A stretch of 34,048 nt of DNA, taken from IMG/VR virus record IMGVR_UViG_3300003523_000007, positions 1 through 34,048 of that record; one strand, 5' to 3'. Under the pieces are notes generated by a model. The model did no database searches, was not told where the DNA came from, and was given only the letters and a program-made list of their open reading frames with translations. The position numbers and the translations under genes are program-made. The DNA comes from a virus. This document shows, in pieces, positions 7,448 through 15,683 of the stretch. Each line of letters opens with the position of its first letter. The first letter of the stretch is position 1.

Positions 7448-8180
7448 AAAGAAGAAAAAGAGATATTACGGGAAAAGAACCGCCGCGGTTGGTTTCTTTC
7501 CCGTTGTTATCGTTGTTCTTGTCTTCTTGTTAAACTTTGCAACACTTCTTATTAAAGGGGCGATTAAAGACGCTTACGCCGGAGAACAAACCGAAACGAT
7601 CTTTGAGCCGATCGAAGAAGCGGAAGCGGCGGAAGAAGAACCGGACGACGTGCAGCAGGACGCAGCAACCGCAGGAAGTACGGAAGAAAATACCAATAAT
7701 ACGGAAGAATTTACCTATACGGTAAAAGATCCGGTCTTCGTATTGCTTCCCGTGGATATGCCCGAAGAAGAACAAAAAATCGTTTTTGAGATCGCGACAG
7801 AAAATAACATAAGTTATTCGTTTGTAATGGCGGTTATAGGACACGAAAGCGAATTTACGCGTACCGCAAGATCACAAACGGGCGATACCGGATATATGCA
7901 AATAAACGATTGTAACGTTGAAGAAATGGCAAAGCGTGGGTTTACGGATCTTTACGATACCGAAGACAATATCGGCGCGGGCGTTTCTATATTGCGGGAT
8001 CTTTTTAATACTTACGGCGAAGACGAAGTCCATAAAGTTTTAATGGCTTATAACATGGGAGCGGGCAGGGCGTCCGAATTATGGGCGCAGGGCGTGACCG
8101 AGTCGGAGTATTCAAAAGAGATCGTGAGCCGTGAAAGAGAATATAGCGCATATATTGACGACGTTTTAATGAATGAATAA
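7425..8180 (+). CDS. Membrane-anchored lytic transglycosylase (SLT domain)
   Basis: N-terminal hydrophobic helix (AAVGFFPVVIVVLVFLLNFATLLI), an acidic linker, then the SLT signature VIGHESEF...GYMQIN. The start could instead be ATG 7437. Confidence 0.75.
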   Translation: MTYRMRDKKKKKRYYGKRTAAVGFFPVVIVVLVFLLNFATLLIKGAIKDAYAGEQTETIFEPIEEAEAAEEEPDDVQQDAATAGSTEENTNNTEEFTYTVKDPVFVLLPVDMPEEEQKIVFEIATENNISYSFVMAVIGHESEFTRTARSQTGDTGYMQINDCNVEEMAKRGFTDLYDTEDNIGAGVSILRDLFNTYGEDEVHKVLMAYNMGAGRASELWAQGVTESEYSKEIVSREREYSAYIDDVLMNE

Positions 8181-8195
8181 GAAAGGGGCGGCAAT

Positions 8196-8501
8196 ATGGG
8201 AATGAAATTTATTATAAACGGTTTGAAATACGAAACCGACAACATGGAAGAAGTAGCAGACGTTAAGAAATGGTATAGAACATCAAGCGCGATCATAAAA
8301 GCGATCTATGGAAATAACGACGTCGGGCATAATCATATTTGCACTTTATGGAGATCGAAAAAGGGTAATTGGTTATTGACCCACGAAGAAGATTATACGA
8401 AAAAGGGCGAAGCGATCGACGAAGACGAAGCAAAAGAACTTCTTATGAAATATGCGCCGGACAAATACGAAGAACTATTCGAGGAAATACCGGAAGCATA
8501 G
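8196..8501 (+). CDS. Hypothetical protein
   Basis: 101-aa ORF with RBS GAAAGGGGCGG. Confidence 0.6.
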   Translation: MGMKFIINGLKYETDNMEEVADVKKWYRTSSAIIKAIYGNNDVGHNHICTLWRSKKGNWLLTHEEDYTKKGEAIDEDEAKELLMKYAPDKYEELFEEIPEA

Positions 8502-8520
8502 CAGGCAGCGGGGCGGATCA

Positions 8521-8763
8521 ATGAAGATAAAAGCAATTAGCGGCATTATGTGGGCGGCGGATATTCTAAACGGCGGGCGCGAGTTTCCGACCTTTAATAA
8601 GGAAGACGCCGCAGACGCGCCGCAGGACGCCGACACGGGCGCAGATTTCGGAAAAGTATTTAGTGACGCAATGCAGCAGCAACGCGCCAAAATGGACGTT
8701 ATACGGAAGCGGCAGCAGGGGCAGCAGGACAAGCCCGAAGCGGCAGCAGATCCGGAAACGTAA
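8521..8763 (+). CDS. Hypothetical protein
   Basis: I prefer the internal ATG (MKIKAISG...). The upstream part of ORF 8452 overlaps the previous gene. Confidence 0.45.
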   Translation: MKIKAISGIMWAADILNGGREFPTFNKEDAADAPQDADTGADFGKVFSDAMQQQRAKMDVIRKRQQGQQDKPEAAADPET

Positions 8764-8830
8764 TTTGTGTTTCTTCCTATATAAAGGAAACATAGTTAAG
8801 ACGACCTTGTAATAGGTATTAAGTATTCGT

Positions 8831-8947
8831 AAATATTACATAATATGTTTTATATAAATATATATTGTGTAATATGTGACAGTATAAATATATATATTAT
8901 GTAATATGTAAAGGGTAGAAGATAGATAATATATATTGCGTAATATG
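8831..8947 (+). repeat. Four direct copies of a 17-bp dyad motif (AWATATTRYRTAATATG) in an AT-rich gap: candidate iterons or replication origin
   Basis: Copies at 8831-8847 (aaatattacataatatg), 8860-8876 (atatattgtgtaatatg), 8892-8908 (atatattatgtaatatg) and 8931-8947 (atatattgcgtaatatg). They lie immediately upstream of the Rep gene. Confidence 0.7.
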
Positions 8948-8967
8948 ACAGATAAAGGCGGGGTAAT

Positions 8968-9849
8968 GTGAGAAGTAAAAAACATTATGACAATTACGAT
9001 TATGAGGAAGCATATAACAAACAGATCGAAGCGTTAGAAGAAGCAGAAGCGCAGAGGATCGAAAAAAGAAATAATAGCGGGATCGCATACAGAACAACAA
9101 CGACGGAAGCGGGAAACCAAATTGAAATTGATATATACCCAACTTTCAACGTCAAACACGATATGCCCCGCACGAATAGAAAGAGAGAAAGCAGACCCGC
9201 ACAAAAGAACCTTAACGACAAAAGGGCAAAGCGTTATTTGAACCAATTAGCAAGCGCGAATTTTGGCAAGGGCGATTTGTGGGGGACTTTCACATATAGA
9301 GCCGGAGAAGAACCGGAAAGCATAGAGGACGCCGAAAGGATCTTCGGAAATTTCATAAGGCGAGTTAATCGCAGGAGAAAGAAGCAAGGCAAACCAAATT
9401 TGAAATATATCTATGTGACAGAGTGGAGCAACGACGAACAAAAAGGCGTTCGCGTTCATCATCACATGATATTCGACGGAAATACCGATCGTGACGAAAT
9501 AGAAAGTTTATGGGATCACGGCGACCGAACAGAAACAAAAAGACTTGCACCCGATCCCGACACGCACATAACCGGACTTGTGAAATACATCACGAAAGAC
9601 ATTAAAGGCGAAGAACGCCCGAAGCATAAAAGACGTTGGAAGACTTCAAAGGGACTTAAAAAACCAACCGTCACAAGATCTTATAGCAAATTCGGAAAAG
9701 CAAGCGTCCGCAAAATGGCTTTCGATCATGCGCAGATTGAAAGCGAGTTGAAGAAGAAATATAAAAACGCCCGATTTGTTGACGCAAAAGTATATATCAA
9801 CGATCTAAACGGCGGCTTTTATATATATGCCCGCATGGTGCGGGATTGA
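8968..9849 (+). CDS. HUH-superfamily rolling-circle replication initiator (Rep)
   Basis: Motif 1-like DLWGTFTY, motif 2 VRVHHHMIF (HUH), motif 3-like GLVKYITKD (catalytic Tyr). GTG start 4 nt after AAAGGCGGGG. Confidence 0.65.
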   Translation: MRSKKHYDNYDYEEAYNKQIEALEEAEAQRIEKRNNSGIAYRTTTTEAGNQIEIDIYPTFNVKHDMPRTNRKRESRPAQKNLNDKRAKRYLNQLASANFGKGDLWGTFTYRAGEEPESIEDAERIFGNFIRRVNRRRKKQGKPNLKYIYVTEWSNDEQKGVRVHHHMIFDGNTDRDEIESLWDHGDRTETKRLAPDPDTHITGLVKYITKDIKGEERPKHKRRWKTSKGLKKPTVTRSYSKFGKASVRKMAFDHAQIESELKKKYKNARFVDAKVYINDLNGGFYIYARMVRD

Positions 9850-9876
9850 AAAAAGACAGAGGGAGAAAAAGCAAAC

Positions 9877-10389
9877 ATGAGATTGCAGAACATGAAAGCA
9901 GGGGAAACGACGGAACAAATAAAGGTTTTTAATTGGGCACGATCCGTCGAAGATATTATCCCCGAATTGCGATTACTTTATCACGTCCCAAATGAGGGCA
10001 AGCGATCGCAGGGCGGCGGGCAGATCTTAAAGGCTGCCGGATTAAAAAGCGGCGTGCCGGATATTTGTTTACCCGTTGCGCGTCGTGGCTTCAATTCGTT
10101 GTATATCGAAATGAAGTACGGGAAGAACAAGACAACAAAAGCGCAAAAGGAATTTTTAGAAGCCCTTAAAGCAGAGGGCGCAAGAACGGCGGTTTGCTAT
10201 TCAGCAGAAGAAGCGCGCGAAACGATCCGTTGGTATTTATCGCCCGCGGACGGCTTCAACCTTGTTAATTGCGAACACGCTTTCAGAACGCGCGAGGGGT
10301 GCGAGGGAATAAACGTTGACTTCGCGCCTTGCGATAAATGTAAAAATCACATAGACGCCAAAGGCGGGAAAGGACAAACACAATGTTAA
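9877..10389 (+). CDS. VRR-NUC domain nuclease
   Basis: GVPDICLP...LYIEMKYGKNKTTKAQKEFLEALKAEG matches the VRR-NUC D...ExK pattern. The C-terminus is Cys-rich. Confidence 0.75.
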   Translation: MRLQNMKAGETTEQIKVFNWARSVEDIIPELRLLYHVPNEGKRSQGGGQILKAAGLKSGVPDICLPVARRGFNSLYIEMKYGKNKTTKAQKEFLEALKAEGARTAVCYSAEEARETIRWYLSPADGFNLVNCEHAFRTREGCEGINVDFAPCDKCKNHIDAKGGKGQTQC

Positions 10390-11150
10390 CGATCACAACA
10401 AACAAAGAGGAAATCGCGGCGATTGCAGCAGGCGAAACAACACAAAAGGCGTTACCGCTATCGGACTTTTGGGAAAAGCGAATTATAAATTTATTAGGCT
10501 TTTCAGATAGCGACACAAGAACAATCATTCACAATATGCGAGAGGATCGAAAAGGAACGACCGACGCAGAAAGGGAAGTAAGATTTACGGCAGGCGGAGC
10601 GGCAAGCGTTACCGCGAAAGCGATCTTTAAGATCGGCAAGTTAAACCCGCTTGCGGCAGAAACATTTATTTTAACAATCAAAGAGATAATACAGACAAGC
10701 GGAATTGAGAACGCGGCAGCAGGCGAAGAAGTCGAGAACGTAAGCGGCGACGTTGAGGGTATGCCAAACGCGCCCGCCGTTAGAGTCTTAACGCAGCATA
10801 CGGCGTTTTGTAAGTATTGCCACCAAGCGCGATTGATAGAAGCACCGGACGGATTGAGCGCGGCAGATTACGCAGAGTTAGCAACCCAAAATTGCGATTG
10901 CGACGAAGCAATGAGAGAACGCGAGAAGCGCGCCAAAATGGAAGCCGCCGGAATGTGGGCGAAGAATATCTTTTCGCAGAGTGACGGACAACTACAAGTT
11001 GTATTATGTGCGATCCGCGCCACGTTCGACGGTAACGTCGATTATGTAACCGTGAAGATCGGGAAGCATACACACAAGATAGATCGCGATAGTGACGGAA
11101 TGATCCGGATCAAAACGACATACAGAGATAGCAACGAAGAAACATTCTAA
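10383..11150 (+). CDS. Hypothetical protein (Cys cluster CKYCH...CDCD)
   Basis: 255-aa ORF with RBS GGGAAAGGA. I recognise no family. Confidence 0.6.
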   Translation: MLTITTNKEEIAAIAAGETTQKALPLSDFWEKRIINLLGFSDSDTRTIIHNMREDRKGTTDAEREVRFTAGGAASVTAKAIFKIGKLNPLAAETFILTIKEIIQTSGIENAAAGEEVENVSGDVEGMPNAPAVRVLTQHTAFCKYCHQARLIEAPDGLSAADYAELATQNCDCDEAMREREKRAKMEAAGMWAKNIFSQSDGQLQVVLCAIRATFDGNVDYVTVKIGKHTHKIDRDSDGMIRIKTTYRDSNEETF

Positions 11151-11171
11151 AGCAAAGGGGGAGCGTTTAAG

Positions 11172-11525
11172 TTGGGGCGTTACTACATGGACGACGACGA
11201 AAAAAGAATAGTGCGATCATTAGTACGCCTTGACGATAAACGCCGACGCGGAAAGTTGAAACGCAGGGAAACACCAATAGACCGCAAGACACGGGCAGCA
11301 ATAGAGAGGGCAGAAAAGGAAATAGAGTTAGGCGGAGCAACCGGAGAGGTTAGGGAACTACTAATCGCCAAGATCCGCGAAAACATTATAGGCGGCACAA
11401 CGTGGGAAAGGTTGGGCGAAACATACGTCGGGCGTGATACGTTTTACAGATATTCACGACGTTATCAACAACTAATCGCGCGTTACGTTGGATTGATAGA
11501 CGATAGCAAAGGAAAGGGCAAGTAA
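11172..11525 (+). CDS. Putative late transcriptional regulator (RinA/ArpU-like, sigma region-4-like C-terminus)
   Basis: It sits immediately upstream of HNH and terminase. The C-terminal GRDTFYRYSRRYQQLIARYVGL resembles the HTH tail of RinA-type activators. TTG start 10 nt after AAGGGGGA; an alternative start is ATG 11187. Confidence 0.4.
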   Translation: MGRYYMDDDEKRIVRSLVRLDDKRRRGKLKRRETPIDRKTRAAIERAEKEIELGGATGEVRELLIAKIRENIIGGTTWERLGETYVGRDTFYRYSRRYQQLIARYVGLIDDSKGKGK

Positions 11526-11845
11526 TGGCGAAAGAATACGCGAAAGACTTTTACAATTCGCAGGCGTGGAAGAAGACACGCAAAGCATATTACACATTAC
11601 GCCGCGGACAATGCGAACGTTGTATGAAAGAGTTTAAGGCAGGACAACGCAGGCTTGAAGATATAAACGTCGGGGTTATTGTTCATCACAAAGAATACAT
11701 AACACCGGAGAACCTAAACGATCCGTCGATCGCTTTGTCGTTTGATAATTTAGAATTACTTTGTGAAGATCATCACAACAAGGAACACAAAAGCAAAACA
11801 AAACGATATAAGTTTGACAAGAACGGACGCATTATTGAAGCATAA
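11525..11845 (+). CDS. HNH endonuclease
   Basis: CERC...VHHKEY...LELLCEDHHNKEH is an HNH/zinc motif. The position before the terminase genes fits. Confidence 0.85.
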   Translation: MAKEYAKDFYNSQAWKKTRKAYYTLRRGQCERCMKEFKAGQRRLEDINVGVIVHHKEYITPENLNDPSIALSFDNLELLCEDHHNKEHKSKTKRYKFDKNGRIIEA

Positions 11846-11885
11846 ACAAAATAATTTTTATTAAACAAAAATATTTTTTATAAAA

Positions 11886-11934
11886 CATATTACACAAATA
11901 ATTTATTAGCATATTGCGCATTTAGTAGAGTTAT
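11886..11934 (+). promoter_or_regulatory. Dyad-motif pair plus weak promoter-like element upstream of the packaging genes
   Basis: CATATTACACAAATA (11886-11900) and CATATTGCGCATTTA (11910-11924), the latter preceded by TTAGCA. The layout matches 33129-33186. Confidence 0.35.
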
Positions 11935-12025
11935 ACCCCCCGAGGGTCGCCGAAAACGACCCACCAAAAGAACCGAGGGAGTGCCTTAAAAAAAACTCTA
12001 CGCGTGCGCACGCGCGATAGGGGGG
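11935..12025. other. GC-rich structured island: candidate cos or packaging-recognition region
   Basis: C6 (11936-11941) and G6 (12020-12025). Hairpin GGGTCG (11944-11949) with CGACCC (11957-11962). Direct repeat CCGAGGG at 11940 and 11973. Perfect 14-bp palindrome CGCGTGCGCACGCG (12001-12014). It lies between HNH and TerS. Confidence 0.35.
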
Positions 12026-12031
12026 TCAAAA

Positions 12032-12526
12032 ATGGCAAGAAATACCACCAAAAAGAGCGACAACGGGAAAGATCCGGAAACTTTGAAAGAGTTAAAAGAA
12101 CTTTTGGAGATATACGAAAAGATCCCGCAGGATCGCCGAAAGAAAATTTTAGAGAGTGCAAAGCGTGAAGCAGCGGGCGAGATCCTAACAGACGACGAAG
12201 TCGAGAGAGAACGAAAGACGCTTCAACGCTTCTTCTCCGGAGTCAAGGACAACCGGAAGAAAAAGTTAATTGCCCGCAAGATCGAAGAAGTAGCGTTCCA
12301 AGCCGTATTGATCCGGCAGGCAAAAGAAAGTTTGATTACCGAGGGTTTACAAAAAGAGGTTGTCAACGGGTCGCAGCATTACCCGAAAGAAAACCCCGCC
12401 GTCGGGATCTATGATAAAAATTGCAGGGCGTACCAATCCAACATTGACAAGTTGATCGAGTATTTACCACCAAAGGAAGAAAAGGCAAAGTCAGCGTTAG
12501 CAGCATTACGCGACGAGTTTAGTTAA
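12032..12526 (+). CDS. terS: Terminase small subunit (P27-like)
   Basis: 164 aa, directly upstream of the large terminase. The ...NGSQHYPKENPAVGIYDKN... segment resembles P27-family small terminases. Confidence 0.6.
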   Translation: MARNTTKKSDNGKDPETLKELKELLEIYEKIPQDRRKKILESAKREAAGEILTDDEVERERKTLQRFFSGVKDNRKKKLIARKIEEVAFQAVLIRQAKESLITEGLQKEVVNGSQHYPKENPAVGIYDKNCRAYQSNIDKLIEYLPPKEEKAKSALAALRDEFS

Positions 12527-12527
12527 T

Positions 12528-14270
12528 ATGGCAAAAAAGGCAGCAGGCGCAGTACGCGCGCCGTATAGCAATTACATATTCGAGTATTACGACAAGATTG
12601 TCCGGATCAAGAACGGGGAAAAGATCGAGGGTGTAAGAGCCGCGGGAAAATACACGCACGCTATTTACAAGATCTTGACCGAGGGGATCGCAAAAGGCGT
12701 TTACGAATACGACGAAAAGAAAGCAAACAAGGCGATCAAGTTTATAGAGAATTTTTGCCACCATTCAGAGGGGCGAAGCGATCTTCTTAAACTTGAACTA
12801 TGGCAAAAGGCAGCAACCGCCGCAATGTTTGGAATATTAGACCCCGCGACACATTACCGACAGTTTCGCGAGGTCTTTTTGCTTGTCGCCCGTAAGAACG
12901 GTAAAACGCTTTTTGCTGCCGCGATCATGGCGTATATGGCATATATCGACGGCGAGTACGGCGCGAAACTTTATTGTCTTGCGCCAAAATTAGACCAAGC
13001 CGAATTATGTTACGACGCCTTTTATCAGATTACGCAGGCGGAAAAGGAATTGTCCGACATTACCAAAAAACGCCGCGCGGATATTTACATCAAAGAATTT
13101 AACACGTCAGTTAAAAAGATCGCGTTTAATTCCAAGAAGTCCGACGGTTTCAACCCGCACTTTGTCTTAAACGACGAAATGGAAGCATGGGCGGGCGATC
13201 AAGGCTTAAAGCAATACGAAGTTATGACGTCGGCGTTAGGTGCAAGGCGTCAACCGCTTATTTTATCCACATCAACGGCGGGTTACATCAACGACGGTAT
13301 TTTCGACGAACTTATGAGAAGATCAACCGCGTTTTTGAAAGGCAGATCCGACGAAAAACGTTTGTTACCGTTGCTTTATATTATCGACGATCCGGAATTA
13401 TGGTTTACGCGCGACGAATTGGAAAAGTCAAACCCGAATTTGGACGTTTCCGTTTCATGGGAGTTTTACGAAGAACAAATAGCGATTGCGAAAGCGTCGT
13501 TATCGAAAAAAGCGGAGTTTTTAACAAAGTATTGCAACATCAAACAAAATTCGTCGGTTGCGTGGCTTGAATATGCAGACGTCGAAAAGGCGGTCGGCAA
13601 GGACGCGGACGGAATACCGAAACGATTATCGCTTGAAGATTTCCGCGGTTGCTTTTGCGTTGGCGGGATCGACCTTTCAAGAACAACCGACCTTACGGCG
13701 GCTTGCGTCGTGATCGAACGCGACGGAAAGAATTATATATTAGCAAAATTCTTTATGCCCGCGGAGCGGTACAAGATCGCAATAAACGAAGAAAACACGC
13801 CGTACAATATCTTTCAAGAACAAGGCTTCTTGCAGATCTCCGGAGAAAACGCCGTCGATTACCACGACGTTTATAAATGGTTTTTCGATCTTGTCAAAAT
13901 CTACAAGATCCGCCCGTTAAAAGTTGGGTACGATAGATATTCGGCACAATATCTTGTGCAGGAAATGGCGGAAAGCGGCTTCCACATGGACGACGTATAT
14001 CAAGGCACGAACTTAACGCCGATCTTGCACGCGTTCGAGGGAGATTTGAAAGACGGAAATTACGACATAGGCGACAACGCTTTGTTGCAATCGCATTTCC
14101 TAAACGTTGCGGTTGATATAAATATAAACGATAGCCGCATGAAACCCGTTAAGATCGAAAAGCGCGCACATATCGACGGAGCGGTCGCCGTGTTCGACGC
14201 TTTGGCGGTCAAAATGAAGTATCACGAAGAAATAGGACGACAACTTAAAAATGAGCGCAAAACCGCGTAA
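12528..14270 (+). CDS. terL: Terminase large subunit
   Basis: 580 aa. Walker A-like LLVARKNGKTLFAAAI, followed by a nuclease-domain-sized C-terminus. The position fits. Confidence 0.9.
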   Translation: MAKKAAGAVRAPYSNYIFEYYDKIVRIKNGEKIEGVRAAGKYTHAIYKILTEGIAKGVYEYDEKKANKAIKFIENFCHHSEGRSDLLKLELWQKAATAAMFGILDPATHYRQFREVFLLVARKNGKTLFAAAIMAYMAYIDGEYGAKLYCLAPKLDQAELCYDAFYQITQAEKELSDITKKRRADIYIKEFNTSVKKIAFNSKKSDGFNPHFVLNDEMEAWAGDQGLKQYEVMTSALGARRQPLILSTSTAGYINDGIFDELMRRSTAFLKGRSDEKRLLPLLYIIDDPELWFTRDELEKSNPNLDVSVSWEFYEEQIAIAKASLSKKAEFLTKYCNIKQNSSVAWLEYADVEKAVGKDADGIPKRLSLEDFRGCFCVGGIDLSRTTDLTAACVVIERDGKNYILAKFFMPAERYKIAINEENTPYNIFQEQGFLQISGENAVDYHDVYKWFFDLVKIYKIRPLKVGYDRYSAQYLVQEMAESGFHMDDVYQGTNLTPILHAFEGDLKDGNYDIGDNALLQSHFLNVAVDININDSRMKPVKIEKRAHIDGAVAVFDALAVKMKYHEEIGRQLKNERKTA

Positions 14271-14292
14271 CCGCGCGGATTGCAGCAGGATA

Positions 14293-14330
14293 AAACGCCC
14301 GTGAAAGATAATAACAAACGGGCGTTTTTG
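14293..14330 (+). terminator. Terminator-like hairpin between TerL and portal
   Basis: AAACGCCCG (14293-14301) pairs with CGGGCGTTT (14319-14327), with a run of five Ts at 14325-14329. Confidence 0.5.
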
Positions 14331-14375
14331 TTGTGTAATATGTGGTTAGAATGTAAAGAAAGGGGGCGCGACAAT

Positions 14376-15680
14376 TTGGGTTTAATTCGAGATCTTTTGA
14401 ATTTAAGACGTTATAAGTACGCGCCTATATTCGCTTTTCGTGGAGAGTATCAAGGATCAAGCGACCTTTACACTTCCGACGTTGTGGGATCTATCGCCCA
14501 CGCGATCGGGCAGAATTTAGGAAAATTGACCCCGCAAGTGATCCGCAGGGACGCAAAAGGGCTTACCGTAAAAGACGACTATTTAGCAAAATTACTTTCG
14601 CTTCGTTGGGCGGCAGAAATTACACCGTTTGACGGGCTTTACAAAATGGCAAGTGATCTTGTGTATAAGTCAAACGCTTTTGCGGTTATCTTTTATACGC
14701 CGGACTTCACAAGGGTACAAAGCATTGTTCCCGTAACGGTTAATTCTTTCAGAATTTGGGAAGACGAAGAAACCGGAACAATCTTTATTCGCTTTATTTG
14801 GGAGTACGACGGCAAAGAATACACATTGCCTTATCAATCCGTTATTCACTTGAAAGCACGATACAACAAAAAGCGATTTATAGGAACTTCGCCGGAAAGT
14901 CAGTTAAAAACAACCCTTGAATTGTTAGACACGACGGGCGAGTCGTTAAGGAACGCCGTTAATAATTCGGCAAACCTTAAAGGTTATTTGAAATATAACA
15001 ACTTCGCAGACGAAGACGAATTAAAACAAAAAGTACAAGAATTTCAAGAAGCGTATATGAGCGCGTCAAACGACGGCGGCATTGCAGGACTTGACAATTC
15101 AATGGAGTTTCACGAAATCTCACAGAGAACAAACCAAATTCCGGTTACACAATCGGTTTTTCTTCGTGAAAACATATATCGTTACTACAACGTAAACGAA
15201 AAGATCCTTAATTCGACTTACAACGAAGCGGAGTGGAACGCATTTTATGAAAGCGTGATCGAACCGATCGCGTTACAACTTTCGCTTGAATTTACGTTCA
15301 AGTTGCTTTCAGAACGCGAACGCGGTTTCGGTAACAAGATCATTTTTTCCGCGAACCGCTTACAGTATGCAACATTGCAGACGCGCGTAAACGTAGGATC
15401 GCAACTTTTCGATCGCGGCGTTATCACAATAAACGAATACCGCGAGTTAATGTATTACGAACCGATCGAAGACGGCGACGTTCGCATGGTTTCTTTGAAC
15501 TATGTTAAAGCGGACGATCAAAGTATTTATCAGATCGGCGAGGAAAGCGCAGGCGGCAGCGGGGCAGATCCCGCAGCAGATCCGGCAGCAGATCCGGACG
15601 CGGCAGCAGGCGCACACAACAAATTGCAAGCAATCGCGTTATATATTCCGACGCAAAAAAGCGAAAGAAAGGGGGTGTAA
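14376..15680 (+). CDS. Portal protein (start uncertain: TTG 14376 or ATG 14340)
   Basis: Large ORF directly after TerL. GAAAGGGGG lies 9 nt upstream of TTG 14376. The 14280 start in the track runs through the hairpin. The C-terminus is low complexity (ADPAADPAADP). Confidence 0.7.
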   Translation: MGLIRDLLNLRRYKYAPIFAFRGEYQGSSDLYTSDVVGSIAHAIGQNLGKLTPQVIRRDAKGLTVKDDYLAKLLSLRWAAEITPFDGLYKMASDLVYKSNAFAVIFYTPDFTRVQSIVPVTVNSFRIWEDEETGTIFIRFIWEYDGKEYTLPYQSVIHLKARYNKKRFIGTSPESQLKTTLELLDTTGESLRNAVNNSANLKGYLKYNNFADEDELKQKVQEFQEAYMSASNDGGIAGLDNSMEFHEISQRTNQIPVTQSVFLRENIYRYYNVNEKILNSTYNEAEWNAFYESVIEPIALQLSLEFTFKLLSERERGFGNKIIFSANRLQYATLQTRVNVGSQLFDRGVITINEYRELMYYEPIEDGDVRMVSLNYVKADDQSIYQIGEESAGGSGADPAADPAADPDAAAGAHNKLQAIALYIPTQKSERKGV

Positions 15681-15683
15681 AAC

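Noticed and set aside
13187-13876. Alternative-frame + strand ORFs (13187-13570 and 13649-13876) within the large terminase
   Set aside because: They are Arg-rich out-of-frame readings inside a continuous 580-aa terminase ORF.
14280-14375. Upstream extension of the portal ORF (track start TTG 14280)
   Set aside because: This stretch forms a terminator-like hairpin and has no RBS. The good RBS precedes TTG 14376.
15540-15610. Recurrent GCAGCAGATCCGG / GGCAGCGGGGC strings (also near 8741, 32133, 32262, 32655, 33645 and 33892), considered as a dispersed repeat or Chi-like signal
   Set aside because: Most copies are coding for Ala-Ala-Asp-Pro-type low-complexity tails with the preferred GCA Ala codon. 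The copies are short and have variable flanks. I cannot show enrichment without counting, so I do not report it as an element.
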